Of a DNA stretch of 64,000 nucleotides, positions 51,152 to 61,013 are shown one piece after another. The stretch comes from an uncultured Fibrobacteraceae bacterium (GTDB taxonomy: Bacteria; Krumholzibacteriota; Krumholzibacteriia; LZORAL124-64-63), in the NCBI GenBank assembly GCA_964549735.1, contig CAZJWO010000003.1:4829-68828 (forward strand), given 5' to 3'. A model generated the notes under the pieces. The model did not search any database. It saw only the letters and a program-made list of their open reading frames with translations, and was not told where the DNA came from. Each line of letters starts with the position of its first letter. Position 1 is the stretch's first letter. The position numbers were made by a program, and so were the translations under genes.

Positions 51152-51709
51152 ATGGCACAGGAACTCGCATACCTCCCCGATCAGTTCGCGGCCGGGACCA
51201 CCGTCTGCTATCGCAGGCGGCTGACGGATTACCCTGCATCCGCCGGTTGGACGCTCCAGGTCCACCTGGCCGGCGCGAGCGTGCTCGCCAAGACGGCCGC
51301 CGCCGATGGCGACGACTTCATCGTCACGATCGAGGCCACGGACACCGAGGCCGACTTCGCCGCCGGGCTGTACAAGTGGGTCGAGCGGGTCTCGAACGCG
51401 GGCGGCGAGGTCTACGAGGTGGGCCGCGGCTCCGTCACGATCCTGCCCAACCTGGCCGAGGCCTCCGAGGGCAGCGAGCAGGAGTGGATCGAGAGGGCGA
51501 TCGCCATGCTGCGGGCCCACATCGAGGGCCGGCTGCCGGCCGGCATGGAGAGCTACCAGATCGCCGGGCGTGTGGTGGCGAAGATGCCGATCCGGGAGGC
51601 TGTCAGCCTCCTGTCCAGCCTCGAGTCCCGCCTGGCTGGTCTGCAGAAGCCGGGATTCGTCACCCGACCCGTGCTCGTGTCGTTCACCAAGCCCGGGTTC
51701 GAGCGATGA
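51152..51709 (+). CDS. Phage protein upstream of portal
   Basis: Start MAQELAYLPDQ. Stop overlaps the portal start (ATGA). Confidence 0.45.
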   Translation: MAQELAYLPDQFAAGTTVCYRRRLTDYPASAGWTLQVHLAGASVLAKTAAADGDDFIVTIEATDTEADFAAGLYKWVERVSNAGGEVYEVGRGSVTILPNLAEASEGSEQEWIERAIAMLRAHIEGRLPAGMESYQIAGRVVAKMPIREAVSLLSSLESRLAGLQKPGFVTRPVLVSFTKPGFER

Positions 51710-53238
51710 AGCGGCCGCTGCACAAGCGTCTCGGGCGGGCGGTCCGACTCGCCTGGCGCGAACTCCGCGGCCAGCGAGGCGTGTTCGACGGGGCGGGAGT
51801 CCACCGGTTGCTCCTGGACTGGATCGCCCAGACCCGGTCTGCGGACGAAGAAGTCCGCGGCGACATCCGCATGCTGCGGGCCCGCGCCCGCGAGCTCGGC
51901 CGCAACAACAGCTACGTCAAACGCTACTTCCGCCTGCTGGTGAACAACGTGATCGGGCCCATGGGGATCAAGCTGCAGGCCCAGGTCTGGGCCGGGGAAC
52001 AGCCCGACTCCAAGGCCAACGCCGCGATCGAAGAGGCGTGGAACGCCTGGGCCAATGCTCCGGTGACGGTCGACGGTCGGCTCACGCTGCGCCGATTCGA
52101 GAAGGTGATCCTCAAGACCATGGCCTGCGACGGCGAGGCCTTCGTCCGTCTGTGGCGGGGGTTCGAGGGCAACGCCCATGGCCTGGCCCTGCAGGCGATC
52201 GATGCCGACCTGATCGACGAGACTCTCAACCGCCCTCGTCGCGGAACGCAGAACGAGATCCGTATGGGCGTGGAGATCGACGCCATCGGGAGGGCGGTCG
52301 GATTCTGGGTGTGGGATTCGGTCGGCACGGACCTGTTGCGCGAGCGGTACTTCGTCCCGGCCGCGGAAATGCTCCACCTCTACGACCCCGAGCGCGTGAA
52401 CCAGACCAGGGGCGTGACGTGGGTGCACTCGGTCATGGTGCCGGCGCACATGCTGAACGCCTACGAGGAGTCGGAGGCGGTCGCGGCCAGGATCGGGGCC
52501 TCGAAGATGGGGCTGTTCGAGAAGCGAAGCGATTCGCTGGCCGGCGACCTGGCCAGCGATCCCAAGCCCGCGACCATGGAGGCCAACCCCGGGACGTTCG
52601 AGATTGTCCCCGATGGCTACGAGTTCAAGGCCTGGGAGCCGGATCACCCGACGGCTCAGTTCCCGGCGTTCATCAAGCAGATGCTCCGGAAGATCGCCTC
52701 CGGGTTCAGCGTCTTCTACAACGTCCTGGCCAACGACGCCGAGGGCGTCAGCTACTCCACGATGCGGAGCTTTGCCTTGGTGGAGCGCGACGATTGGCGC
52801 TCCATCCAGCAGGACTTCATCGACATGTGGCGGCGGCCGCTGTACGCGGCCTGGCTCGGCATGGCGCTGCTGACTGGCAGCCTGAAGCTCGGCTCCCGCG
52901 ATCCCTCCCGCTACATGGCGGTCCGACACCGTCCTCGGGGTTGGCAGTGGATCGATCCCGAGAAAGAGGCGAAGGCCGCCGTGCTCTCGATTCAGAACGG
53001 CCTGGGGACGAGGACCGGGTTCCTGGCGGAGAAGGGCGAGGACATCGAGGACGTCTTTGCCGAGTTGGCCCGGGAGCAGGATCTGGCCAAGGAGTACGGG
53101 TTGTCGATCTCCGGGGCAACAGCGGCGACGAGCGAGCCGGCGGAGGATCAACCCAAGGACGCCGAGGGTGACGAGGAAGAGATTGACGAGGACCAGGCCG
53201 AAGTCGAAGACGAGGAAACGGAGTCGGCGACTCGATGA
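51706..53238 (+). CDS. Phage portal protein, lambda (gpB) family, with acidic C-terminus
   Basis: ...NNSYVKRYFRLLVNNVIGPMGIKLQ.... C-terminal DEEEIDEDQAEVEDEE. Confidence 0.8.
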   Translation: MKRPLHKRLGRAVRLAWRELRGQRGVFDGAGVHRLLLDWIAQTRSADEEVRGDIRMLRARARELGRNNSYVKRYFRLLVNNVIGPMGIKLQAQVWAGEQPDSKANAAIEEAWNAWANAPVTVDGRLTLRRFEKVILKTMACDGEAFVRLWRGFEGNAHGLALQAIDADLIDETLNRPRRGTQNEIRMGVEIDAIGRAVGFWVWDSVGTDLLRERYFVPAAEMLHLYDPERVNQTRGVTWVHSVMVPAHMLNAYEESEAVAARIGASKMGLFEKRSDSLAGDLASDPKPATMEANPGTFEIVPDGYEFKAWEPDHPTAQFPAFIKQMLRKIASGFSVFYNVLANDAEGVSYSTMRSFALVERDDWRSIQQDFIDMWRRPLYAAWLGMALLTGSLKLGSRDPSRYMAVRHRPRGWQWIDPEKEAKAAVLSIQNGLGTRTGFLAEKGEDIEDVFAELAREQDLAKEYGLSISGATAATSEPAEDQPKDAEGDEEEIDEDQAEVEDEETESATR

Positions 53239-53296
53239 GTGATCTACAAAGCCCGATGGATGCCCCAAGCAAGGGGCGGAACGGAGAGGTTGGAAC

Positions 53297-53674
53297 GTGA
53301 GAACGATGGTCATCTGCTCGGTGCTGCTGGTCCTGGCTGCGGCACTGTTCCCTCTGCTCGGCAAGGCCGCACAGGACGGCACGGTCGCCGAAGCCACCGG
53401 GTTTGTGCCGTTCTATGGTACCGGACCGGTGGGATCGAAAAAGGCGCACATCCTCGACATGTACGCGTTGCCCGACCTGGGGACGGTCTACATGTCGTTC
53501 TGGGTCTACGACGACGCTGCCGAGATCTGGTCCCGGCTCAAGCCGAAGGCGGCGCTGGGGGACACAATCTTCCCTCTGAGAGAGGGACTACCGGTCCGCT
53601 TCATCTTCGAGCCGAACGCGCCGGACGCGGTCTATCTCTCGGGAGATGGCCGGGCGGACCTGATGTGGGAGTGA
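53297..53674 (+). CDS. Secreted small hypothetical protein (signal peptide)
   Basis: MRTMVICSVLLVLAAALFPLLGKAAQ. Confidence 0.45.
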   Translation: MRTMVICSVLLVLAAALFPLLGKAAQDGTVAEATGFVPFYGTGPVGSKKAHILDMYALPDLGTVYMSFWVYDDAAEIWSRLKPKAALGDTIFPLREGLPVRFIFEPNAPDAVYLSGDGRADLMWE

Positions 53675-53680
53675 TTCGCC

Positions 53681-54172
53681 ATGCGTAGCCGATCCTGCAT
53701 CGTGATCATCCTCTGGCTGGTGGCGGCTCCCATTGGTGCCTGGGCCCAGTACGGCGGAGAAGTGCACAACGGTGGTTGGGCCAATGGCACCGGCGTGCTC
53801 TTGCCACCGCGGACTCCAGTCGAGGCGCCCGATCCGGTCCTACTGGTCCTCCTGCCGCAGACGTCCTTCACAGCCGGCGGCACCAACGCGTTCGCCTACA
53901 TCTTCATGAACGCTCCGCTGTCGGAGGCCAGAGCCAGGATACGGATCGTCCGCGTCAGCGATTCGGTGGTCGTGGGGACCGGCAATTGGACGTCGACATC
54001 GACCAACCGGACTCTGGTATCCGGCCTGGTGGTCGGGGAGACCTACCGGGTCGATGTGGAACTCGAGGCCCTGACACAAGCGTGGCTGAGCGTGCCCTGG
54101 TACACCCTGATCGCCTCCTACGTGCAGCCGAGCAAATTCGATCCGCCGTTCGATTGGGACCTGCAAGGGTGA
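53681..54172 (+). CDS. Secreted hypothetical protein (signal peptide)
   Basis: MRSRSCIVIILWLVAAPIGAWAQ. Confidence 0.45.
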   Translation: MRSRSCIVIILWLVAAPIGAWAQYGGEVHNGGWANGTGVLLPPRTPVEAPDPVLLVLLPQTSFTAGGTNAFAYIFMNAPLSEARARIRIVRVSDSVVVGTGNWTSTSTNRTLVSGLVVGETYRVDVELEALTQAWLSVPWYTLIASYVQPSKFDPPFDWDLQG

Positions 54173-54182
54173 AAGGCAGTCG

Positions 54183-54542
54183 ATGGAACTGACGTTGGAA
54201 GTGGCCCGCAGCTTGGGGCTCGGAGGGCTCGGATTGATGGCGACGATGCTGGCCGTGAGGTTGGCCATCCAGACCGTCGACCTCGCGCGGACCCAGCTGT
54301 GGCGACGGAACGGAAACAACGGGACGAAGGTCGCCTTCGACGAACTGAAGGTCGTCTGCCCGCTGGCTCCGGGACGCCACTCCCTGGACGACGTGCACGA
54401 GGTGCTCGTCCAGATCCAGTCGGGCATGGAGCGGCTCAACGAGACCCAGAAGGTGATCGAGTCGGACATGAAGGACCGCAGCCAGCGGCTGTGCGACATC
54501 CTCGGGGCCCTGCGCCTCGAACTGGCCCGAAGGGAGGGCTGA
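54183..54542 (+). CDS. Hypothetical membrane protein adjacent to lysis genes
   Basis: N-terminal TM (LGGLGLMATMLAV). Stop abuts the endolysin start. Confidence 0.4.
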   Translation: MELTLEVARSLGLGGLGLMATMLAVRLAIQTVDLARTQLWRRNGNNGTKVAFDELKVVCPLAPGRHSLDDVHEVLVQIQSGMERLNETQKVIESDMKDRSQRLCDILGALRLELARREG

Positions 54543-54543
54543 C

Positions 54544-55038
54544 GTGACCAGCAGAGAACTCTTCGACCGAGCGATCGAGGTCGTCCTCGAGCACGAGGGA
54601 GAGGCATACACCGACAACCCGCTCGACCGGGGCGGGCCGACCAAGTTCGGGATTGCCCAGCGGTGGAATCCGGATCTGGACGTGGCGAGCCTCACGCGAG
54701 AGCAAGCGATCGAGGTCTACTGGGAGAGGTACTGGCACGGACACCGGTACGAGTTCCTGCCCGAGGCGATCGCCATCAAGGTGTTTGATCTGGCTGTCAA
54801 CCTGGGGAACCGAACGGCAGTGAAGTGTCTCCAGCGGGCGCTACAGGCTTGCGACCTGCGGGTCGTGATCGACGGTCTCTTGGGCACCGAAAGCTGTGGG
54901 GCTGCAAGACAAGCTGATCAGAAGGCTCTGATGGCGGCATTAAGGTCCGAGGCTGCTGGCGAATACCGGCTCCTTGTGGCTCGGCACTCGGACCAGATCG
55001 TGTTCCAGGGCGGTTGGCTTAACCGCGCGTACGCCTGA
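54544..55038 (+). CDS. Endolysin, glycoside hydrolase family 108 with C-terminal peptidoglycan-binding domain
   Basis: EHEGEAYTDNPLDRGGPTKFGIAQ (GH108 signature with catalytic Glu), ...YWERYW.... Confidence 0.75.
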   Translation: MTSRELFDRAIEVVLEHEGEAYTDNPLDRGGPTKFGIAQRWNPDLDVASLTREQAIEVYWERYWHGHRYEFLPEAIAIKVFDLAVNLGNRTAVKCLQRALQACDLRVVIDGLLGTESCGAARQADQKALMAALRSEAAGEYRLLVARHSDQIVFQGGWLNRAYA

Positions 55039-55049
55039 GAGGAGACCAC

Positions 55050-55454
55050 ATGGTAGGAGAAATCCTGGGCATTTTGGGGAAGGTTGCCGGCGGAGTCGCT
55101 GACCGCCTTTTCCCGGACCCGGAGCAGGAACTGAAACGGATCGAGCTGCAGCAGGCGCTGCAGGCGGCGGTCCTGGAACGGACCTCTGAGATCGAACGGG
55201 CGGCCGCGGAGGTCGTCAAGGCCGAGGCGCAGGGCCAGAGCTGGCTCCAGCGGACCTGGCGGCCGATCACCATGTTGGTCTTTGTCGGGTTGATCGTGGC
55301 CCGATGGCTGGGATGGTCGGCACCGAATTTGCCCGAGGCTGAGGCGCTCAAACTCTGGAGCATTGTTGAAATCGGCCTCGGTGGCTACGTTATCGGCCGA
55401 TCTGCTGAAAAGACCCTTCCGGGCCTCATTCAGGCGATGAAGAAAGGCGATTGA
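55050..55454 (+). CDS. Putative holin
   Basis: 134 aa, hydrophobic N-terminus plus a TM helix (ITMLVFVGLIVARWLGW). Directly follows the endolysin. Confidence 0.5.
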   Translation: MVGEILGILGKVAGGVADRLFPDPEQELKRIELQQALQAAVLERTSEIERAAAEVVKAEAQGQSWLQRTWRPITMLVFVGLIVARWLGWSAPNLPEAEALKLWSIVEIGLGGYVIGRSAEKTLPGLIQAMKKGD

Positions 55455-55640
55455 TCAATACCATGCAATGCTGCTAGGCATTTAGGGGGCGGGCGGCACT
55501 GCACGATGTCGGAGGATCGCACGCCACGCAGGCGTCGACCTGCACGTGCCGTGTATTCTGTTTTAATATAATCAGTTACAAAACATTTTGCCGAAAATGA
55601 GACTACGCTAGGACGGCATAAATTAGGCGAAAAAAAACTT

Positions 55641-55680
55641 GTGAATGCACCAGAATGGTGTAAAGTGGTGCACCCTAGGA
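55641..55680. promoter_or_regulatory. Clustered short palindromes (GCACCA-gaa-TGGTG; GGTGCACC) upstream of the RHH gene (C-box-like operator)
   Basis: Seen in the AT-rich region immediately 5' of the RHH/MTase operon. Confidence 0.35.
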
Positions 55681-55687
55681 GGGTGCT

Positions 55688-55900
55688 ATGGCGAGAAAGA
55701 GAAAGCGGCCTGATCCAGGCATGTCCCGCGCGTCCGTGAGCTTACCTGTGGAAGACTACGCGGAGATCGAGCGTATAGCACAGCAGAACCGCGTGTCTAT
55801 CGCATGGGTGATCCGAGAGGCAGTCACTCAGTACCTAGCGGAGAGGAGTCCGCTTTTTCGCGCCTCCGAGATTGCTCGCACACACCAAGGCGGCCAATAG
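55688..55900 (+). CDS. Ribbon-helix-helix (CopG/Arc-type) small DNA-binding protein, possible R-M controller
   Basis: ...RASVSLPVEDYAEIERIAQQNRVSIAWVIREAVTQYL... = RHH. Confidence 0.55.
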   Translation: MARKRKRPDPGMSRASVSLPVEDYAEIERIAQQNRVSIAWVIREAVTQYLAERSPLFRASEIARTHQGGQ

Positions 55901-58130
55901 GGCAGGCCGTATCCTGCAGATTTTGGATTCAAGCAAGGGAGTGCCTTCAAGAATGGGCCCAGGAACGACACTAAGTGCAGCTACCGAAACCCGGGCTCGC
56001 CATATCAGGCGTGCGGTTTTGCTACTGCAGCGAGGCCTGAAAGACCAAGCCATTGCCAAGTCGTTCAAGAGTCAATTCGGACCACGGTGGCAGTCGTCTA
56101 TCCAGGTTGATGTCGACATACCTAGTCGAGCCGCGTGGGCGTTGGTCACGAGTCGAATCGTAGGCCGGCTGACTGGGGGGCTTGGTTGCACTGCAAACCT
56201 CCAAGACACCGAAGCCTGGTTCTTGGGTCCGTTGGCGGGCCATGTAGATTCTCTTGCAAGGCAAATCTCGGCGTCGACAGATAAGTTTGTCTGCGAGGAG
56301 ATGGAGCGAATCCGATTCGACCAGGAGTTATCGGACCTGCTGCCCTATGTGTTGGAAATACACGGTCCCGGCAGTCGGGCGAGTGTCATGCGTGACCCGA
56401 GTACTCGAGTTGCCCGAGACACGAAACGTACTAATGGAGTTTTCTACACGCCGCCAGATGTAGCGAAATACATGGCGAGGGTGGCTCTGAACGGGCCGTC
56501 CTTTCGCAACCAGGGTTCGCGCTGCCTAGACCCGGCCTGTGGGACGGGCGTCTTCCTTCGCGCGGTGTTGAATGATAGTTCGGTCAAGCAGAAGGAGTCT
56601 TTCCAGTTTGCGTTGGACTCCCTTTTCGGAATCGATATTTCTCCGCATGCAGTTGAATCTGCATGCTTCGTTCTACTCCACGACTTGCTTCAGCGATGCA
56701 GGCCCATGCAAGTAGATCCGTGGTCTGTGTGGCATGCACTCAGACTTAATTTTGCCGTAGCTGATTCGACCGAGCTCGTGCCGCCATCTGGCGATCAATC
56801 TAGGTCTGCTGATGTCAGAAAAGAGGTTCAGCAAGAGCTCATCCAGGGGAAAGCTCTTCATGCGGCAGAGGGTGGTCCAGACACCTTGAACCTTGATCGT
56901 GGTTCGTCTCTCTTCAATGGAACTCGAAGACTAGATGGGCTCTTTCCTGACGTATTCGAGGGCTTCGATGTACTCATCTGCAATCCGCCGTATGCTCAAA
57001 TTGCGCGTAGGGGTTCTGTCGATAGTTCGTTCCCAGAATACGAGTGCCTGCGTTCTGGTGTGGGCCCATCTGGCAATCTGTATCCGCTCTTCATTGAGAT
57101 GACTTGGCGTTTCACGCGTCCAACGCACTCGTCTTCGGCGCTCGTTGTTCCCCTGTCAATCGCCTACCATCGCGGGCGGCAGTTTGTAGAGTGTCGAAAA
57201 GCTATGGTGAATAAAGGCGGCGCGTGGAAGTTCGCGTTTTTCGATCGTGAACCTCATGCTCTATTTGGAGAGGACGTAAAGACCCGCAACGCTATCATCT
57301 TCCGAAATGAACGATCTGGGGACAGACCGCGAGGGGACTCATCTGCGGTATACAGTGGGCCTCTGCGGAGATGGACAAGCAGAACTCGGCAAGAACTCTT
57401 TGAATCCATTGATTTCACCCGACTGCCTACTTCCGACATTGGGGAAGGGATACCCAAAATCGGGGGAGAGGAGCAAACAAGAACTCTCGGGGTTCTGAGG
57501 GGCCTCTCCCAGCGCTTGCGTACTAGTTGGGTGACGGCTGGCTCCTGTCTGCCAGAAGAAACTTTTTGTGAGCAATTCGAGCCAGTCGTCTATGTCGCCG
57601 GGACAGCGTATAACTTCTTGAATGTCTTCAGGCCCCAGGCTACGAGAACCTGTGGCGATCGGGTTATGAGCCAAAGTCGCGTGGCTCGCCTACAGTTCTC
57701 TGATGAGAATGATGCGTCGGCCGTATTCGCGATTCTAAGTAGCCGATTCGTGTTTTGGATGTGGCACGTTTATGGCGACGGTTTTCATGTGCCGCGGTGG
57801 TTTTTAGAGGGAATTCCCTTCGACAGGACTAGCTTTACGTCCCAACAGCGAAGACAATTGTCTGGGCTGGGCACGGTACTTTGGAAGGAGCTTCAGCACC
57901 ACACTGTTGTAAGTGTGAATGGTGGTCGTACGACGATCGCCTATCGCCCACTCGCCTGCGATTCGATTCGAGCCAAGATCGACAGGGTTCTGATTGAGGC
58001 CGCGGGCGTCGATATTTCGTTTCAAGAGCATCTTGGTCGCTTCATTCGCGACGTAGTTGTCGTTGATGAGGCCGATGAACGCCGGGCATCGCTTTGGCCA
58101 GGTCTTTCCCGGCAGGAGGCCGCAACATGA
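55872..58130 (+). CDS. N6-adenine DNA methyltransferase, gamma-class (FxGxG then NPPY), Eco57I/TaqI-like with large C-terminal TRD
   Basis: GVFYTPPDVAKYM; LDPACGTGVFL; DVLICNPPYAQ. Alternative start at 55953. Confidence 0.8.
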   Translation: MLAHTKAANRAGRILQILDSSKGVPSRMGPGTTLSAATETRARHIRRAVLLLQRGLKDQAIAKSFKSQFGPRWQSSIQVDVDIPSRAAWALVTSRIVGRLTGGLGCTANLQDTEAWFLGPLAGHVDSLARQISASTDKFVCEEMERIRFDQELSDLLPYVLEIHGPGSRASVMRDPSTRVARDTKRTNGVFYTPPDVAKYMARVALNGPSFRNQGSRCLDPACGTGVFLRAVLNDSSVKQKESFQFALDSLFGIDISPHAVESACFVLLHDLLQRCRPMQVDPWSVWHALRLNFAVADSTELVPPSGDQSRSADVRKEVQQELIQGKALHAAEGGPDTLNLDRGSSLFNGTRRLDGLFPDVFEGFDVLICNPPYAQIARRGSVDSSFPEYECLRSGVGPSGNLYPLFIEMTWRFTRPTHSSSALVVPLSIAYHRGRQFVECRKAMVNKGGAWKFAFFDREPHALFGEDVKTRNAIIFRNERSGDRPRGDSSAVYSGPLRRWTSRTRQELFESIDFTRLPTSDIGEGIPKIGGEEQTRTLGVLRGLSQRLRTSWVTAGSCLPEETFCEQFEPVVYVAGTAYNFLNVFRPQATRTCGDRVMSQSRVARLQFSDENDASAVFAILSSRFVFWMWHVYGDGFHVPRWFLEGIPFDRTSFTSQQRRQLSGLGTVLWKELQHHTVVSVNGGRTTIAYRPLACDSIRAKIDRVLIEAAGVDISFQEHLGRFIRDVVVVDEADERRASLWPGLSRQEAAT

Positions 58131-58990
58131 CCGTAAAAACGAGCGTGGACATTAAGGAAAAGAGCAAGGTCACCAAAGAAGAGTGGCGGGAGTTTACTAA
58201 GACGGTTTGGCACATTGCCAACACAAGCCATGAGAAACACCCCGCTGTTTTTCCTCGGGAGATCCCGCATCGATTGGTGAAGATGTTCACTTTTTACGGT
58301 GAGACCGTCCTTGATCCTTTTGCTGGGACGGGTACGACGGCAGCAGCGGCGATTCCATTGGGGCGGCGTGCGGTTTGTGTCGATCAAAGCCAGAAGTACA
58401 TCAAGATCATTGAGAGTGAGTGTGGGGGGCTGCGCAATGGGCATCCCGAAGATGAGAAGCCGCTGATGGCCGTGCGGGCAGACAGCCGCAAGCTGCAGTT
58501 CATCGAAGACGATTCCATTGGCCTTGTGGTGACCAGCCCTCCGTACTGGAACAAGGCCGACTATGGGAAGGGGCGAGCCAATCTCGGCAACATTCCGAGC
58601 TATGTTCGCTTCATCGAAGAAACTCGGCCCGTTTTTGAGGAGTGCTATCGAGTTCTCAGGCCCGGCAGGAAGATCTGCCTCGTAACCGCGAACGTTAACC
58701 AACACACTGATCATGGACTCCTGACGTTCCCCCTCGCGACGGATTTCGGCGTACTACTGCGCGACATCGGCTTTGTGATGATCAACGAGATCATCTGGTC
58801 GAAGGACGGAACGGGCGGAAAGTGGGGGTCCTATGGCCAGCAGCGGCCGATTTTTGGGAGCTACCCGTACCCTCCCAACTTCCTATTCAAGAATGTACAC
58901 GAGTATGTTCTTATTTTCGCGAAGCCCAACGGAAAGAAGGTTCGCGGTCCCAAGGCGCTGCCCTATGATCAGATCATGGAACGCGAATGA
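58094..58990 (+). CDS. Second SAM-dependent DNA methyltransferase (motifs DPFAGTGTT and SPPY)
   Basis: VLDPFAGTGTTAAAA...LVVTSPPYWNKADY...LRPGRKICL. Confidence 0.7.
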   Translation: MARSFPAGGRNMTVKTSVDIKEKSKVTKEEWREFTKTVWHIANTSHEKHPAVFPREIPHRLVKMFTFYGETVLDPFAGTGTTAAAAIPLGRRAVCVDQSQKYIKIIESECGGLRNGHPEDEKPLMAVRADSRKLQFIEDDSIGLVVTSPPYWNKADYGKGRANLGNIPSYVRFIEETRPVFEECYRVLRPGRKICLVTANVNQHTDHGLLTFPLATDFGVLLRDIGFVMINEIIWSKDGTGGKWGSYGQQRPIFGSYPYPPNFLFKNVHEYVLIFAKPNGKKVRGPKALPYDQIMERE

Positions 58991-59002
58991 TCGACAGTGC
59001 GA

Positions 59003-60169
59003 TCAAATAAACCTGTACCAGGTTGAATGGTCCGGATCACTTGGCTTTGTCAGTACAGTCTGCGTTGGTGTTGCATTGATCCCGTCTTCTAGAGATTCGA
59101 GGATCGCTTTGCCTTGTGGTGAATCGCCGTCATAAGCATAGTACCGGATCCCGTCTACAGACCGTTCAAGACGAATCACGGGAACCGCCATCCCTCTTGT
59201 TTCGGGTATCTCGAGTTTGTACGTGTTGACCTGGCCGCCGGCACGTTCTGGATGAGTTGCGCTAATAGCACGTCGCTGATCATCATGAGAGCTCGTAACT
59301 GCGTCTTCTCCCGTAAAAAAGGCACAGTTTCTCAAGGGAATCGGTATCTGAATCTGGGTCCCACGCGCTGGGCGGACCCGCATAATCAATACGTTCGTGA
59401 TAGTAACCGGGTCATTGCCCCGAGTCGACAGTGTTCCTGAGACAGTGGGGCGTGCAGTCCTACTGCTAGGTTCTTCGTCCTCGGCACGCCCGGTGGCGCG
59501 GCCTTCGGGTGGAGCTGGGGCGGGAACAACCTTCGATTGGAACAAGCGCGTTCGTCGCCGGCCACCGGTGGTTCCTCGGGTTGTAGTGCGACTCGAAATT
59601 CTACGGCGAGAAAGTTCTCGCTCGCTAAAAATATAGCCCTCGTTTTGAAGCTCTTGAAGCAGCGCGTTATCGAGGATTCGCGCCAAGCCGTTCTCGACGT
59701 CAGCCCAGCTGTCAATCGCGGCGAGCGCATCCAAAACCAGGTCGTCGTTTGAACCAAGATCGATCTGAAGACTTGCTTCGGTATTCGTAAAGAGACCTGG
59801 CTCGGTAATGTTGTTGGAGCCGACGATTAGGCGCGCGTCATTATCCGCACGGAGAAGGTAGAGTTTCGGGTGAAAGGTAGGACTTGCTTCGTTGTGGCAA
59901 ATGGTGGTCCGGCAGTCTCCGAGTTGTTCAAGTGACAGCAAATCGGATAGTCCTTCAACCGACGTGTTTTCAATGTCAATGCCCACCCCGAAGCGAACGC
60001 GGCCCCCGGATTGAACAAAGCCACGAAGGGCAGGGAGTAGGTGCCTAGTTCCTGACCGTCTGACCCAGGCGACAGCTACATCAAGGGAGTTCCAATGGCC
60101 GCTCGAAATGAATTCAATTAGCGCCGTACCAAGTCTATGCGTAGAAGCTTGATTATACAGAATGGCCAT
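59003..60169 (-). CDS. Phospholipase-D (HKD) family restriction endonuclease (NgoFVII/BfiI-like)
   Basis: FHPKLYLLRADNDARLIVGSNNIT (HxK...D...GSxN HKD motif). Convergent with the two MTases. Lowest GC in the window. Confidence 0.6.
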   Translation of the reverse strand: MAILYNQASTHRLGTALIEFISSGHWNSLDVAVAWVRRSGTRHLLPALRGFVQSGGRVRFGVGIDIENTSVEGLSDLLSLEQLGDCRTTICHNEASPTFHPKLYLLRADNDARLIVGSNNITEPGLFTNTEASLQIDLGSNDDLVLDALAAIDSWADVENGLARILDNALLQELQNEGYIFSERELSRRRISSRTTTRGTTGGRRRTRLFQSKVVPAPAPPEGRATGRAEDEEPSSRTARPTVSGTLSTRGNDPVTITNVLIMRVRPARGTQIQIPIPLRNCAFFTGEDAVTSSHDDQRRAISATHPERAGGQVNTYKLEIPETRGMAVPVIRLERSVDGIRYYAYDGDSPQGKAILESLEDGINATPTQTVLTKPSDPDHSTWYRFI

Positions 60170-60422
60170 ACGGACTCCTCATCCTTGGTCTTGGGCTGGT
60201 CTCCTCGTTCCTCAGCTATGTCGGAGAGTCTATTGATGAGATGCTAGCAGAATCGCCCCGTGGAGTCACTCTTCGGATTCTCGCTTGTGCAATGCCGCGG
60301 AGCGTGGATGCGGCGTGCCGATAAGTCGTGAATACCCAGAGAGATACTTTGATCTGGACTGGTGGGTCGTTGCGCACTATCTTGTGGTCGGTCTCCGGAA
60401 GAGTTCGATGTGCGTTACGTCC

Positions 60423-60733
60423 GGGGAGCCAATCCTTTTTCAGCGGAATTCGACATACCTTCCGGTTAACGACGCGGCCCGGGGCGAGAGCTCTCGGGCT
60501 TTTCGTTTATTCCCAAGTCTGGCAACGGATTGCGCGGTTCTGGGGGGTGGGGGCGGATTCTCTGGTTCGCGGGTGAGAGTTTGGGGGTCGGTGGGAACAG
60601 TCAGGGTTCACGTTTGGACCCCGGTCGGTGGTAGAAAAACTCTCTCCGTCTCCGTTTTACAACCCCCTCAAATTTAACGCATGGGAGTGGAGCGATTGCC
60701 GGTCGTAACCGTCAAGAAGACGGGGGGAGCCAC
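60423..60733 (+). repeat. Repeat element copy R2 (full length, starts GGGGAGCCA)
   Basis: ~75% identity to 211..511 across ~260 bp. Ends with GTCGTAACCGTCA. Confidence 0.75.
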
Positions 60734-60925
60734 CTCGCTGCTGTGCCGAACCAGCCGAAAACTCCTTCACGCAAATTCTCGACACGAAGAGCCGGATGCG
60801 GGAATGCCGCACGTCCGGATCTGTGGGGGGCGGGGGAGGTGACTTCCCTGGCCTACCTGACTGTTTTACGACCCTCTCGGGTTTAGCGGTTGATGGCCGC
60901 GTGACAACCAGTCGTAACCGTCAGT
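60734..60925 (+). repeat. Repeat element copy R3 (truncated, internally deleted; starts GGGGGGAGCCA, retains ATTCTCGACAC, CTGTTTTACGACCCTCTCGGGTTTAGCGG and GTCGTAACCGTCA blocks)
   Basis: Direct tandem to R2. Confidence 0.6.
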
Positions 60926-61013
60926 CTATCCCCATCCTTGGAAAAATGTGCTACAATCAACAGCAAACGCGCGATGTAGCTCAATAACCAAGTCTTACTG
61001 GCGAGGTCTGAAT

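Noticed and set aside
53239-53688. 149-aa + strand ORF overlapping two secreted-protein genes
   Set aside because: Different frame overlapping better ORFs that have signal peptides. Arg/Gly-rich.
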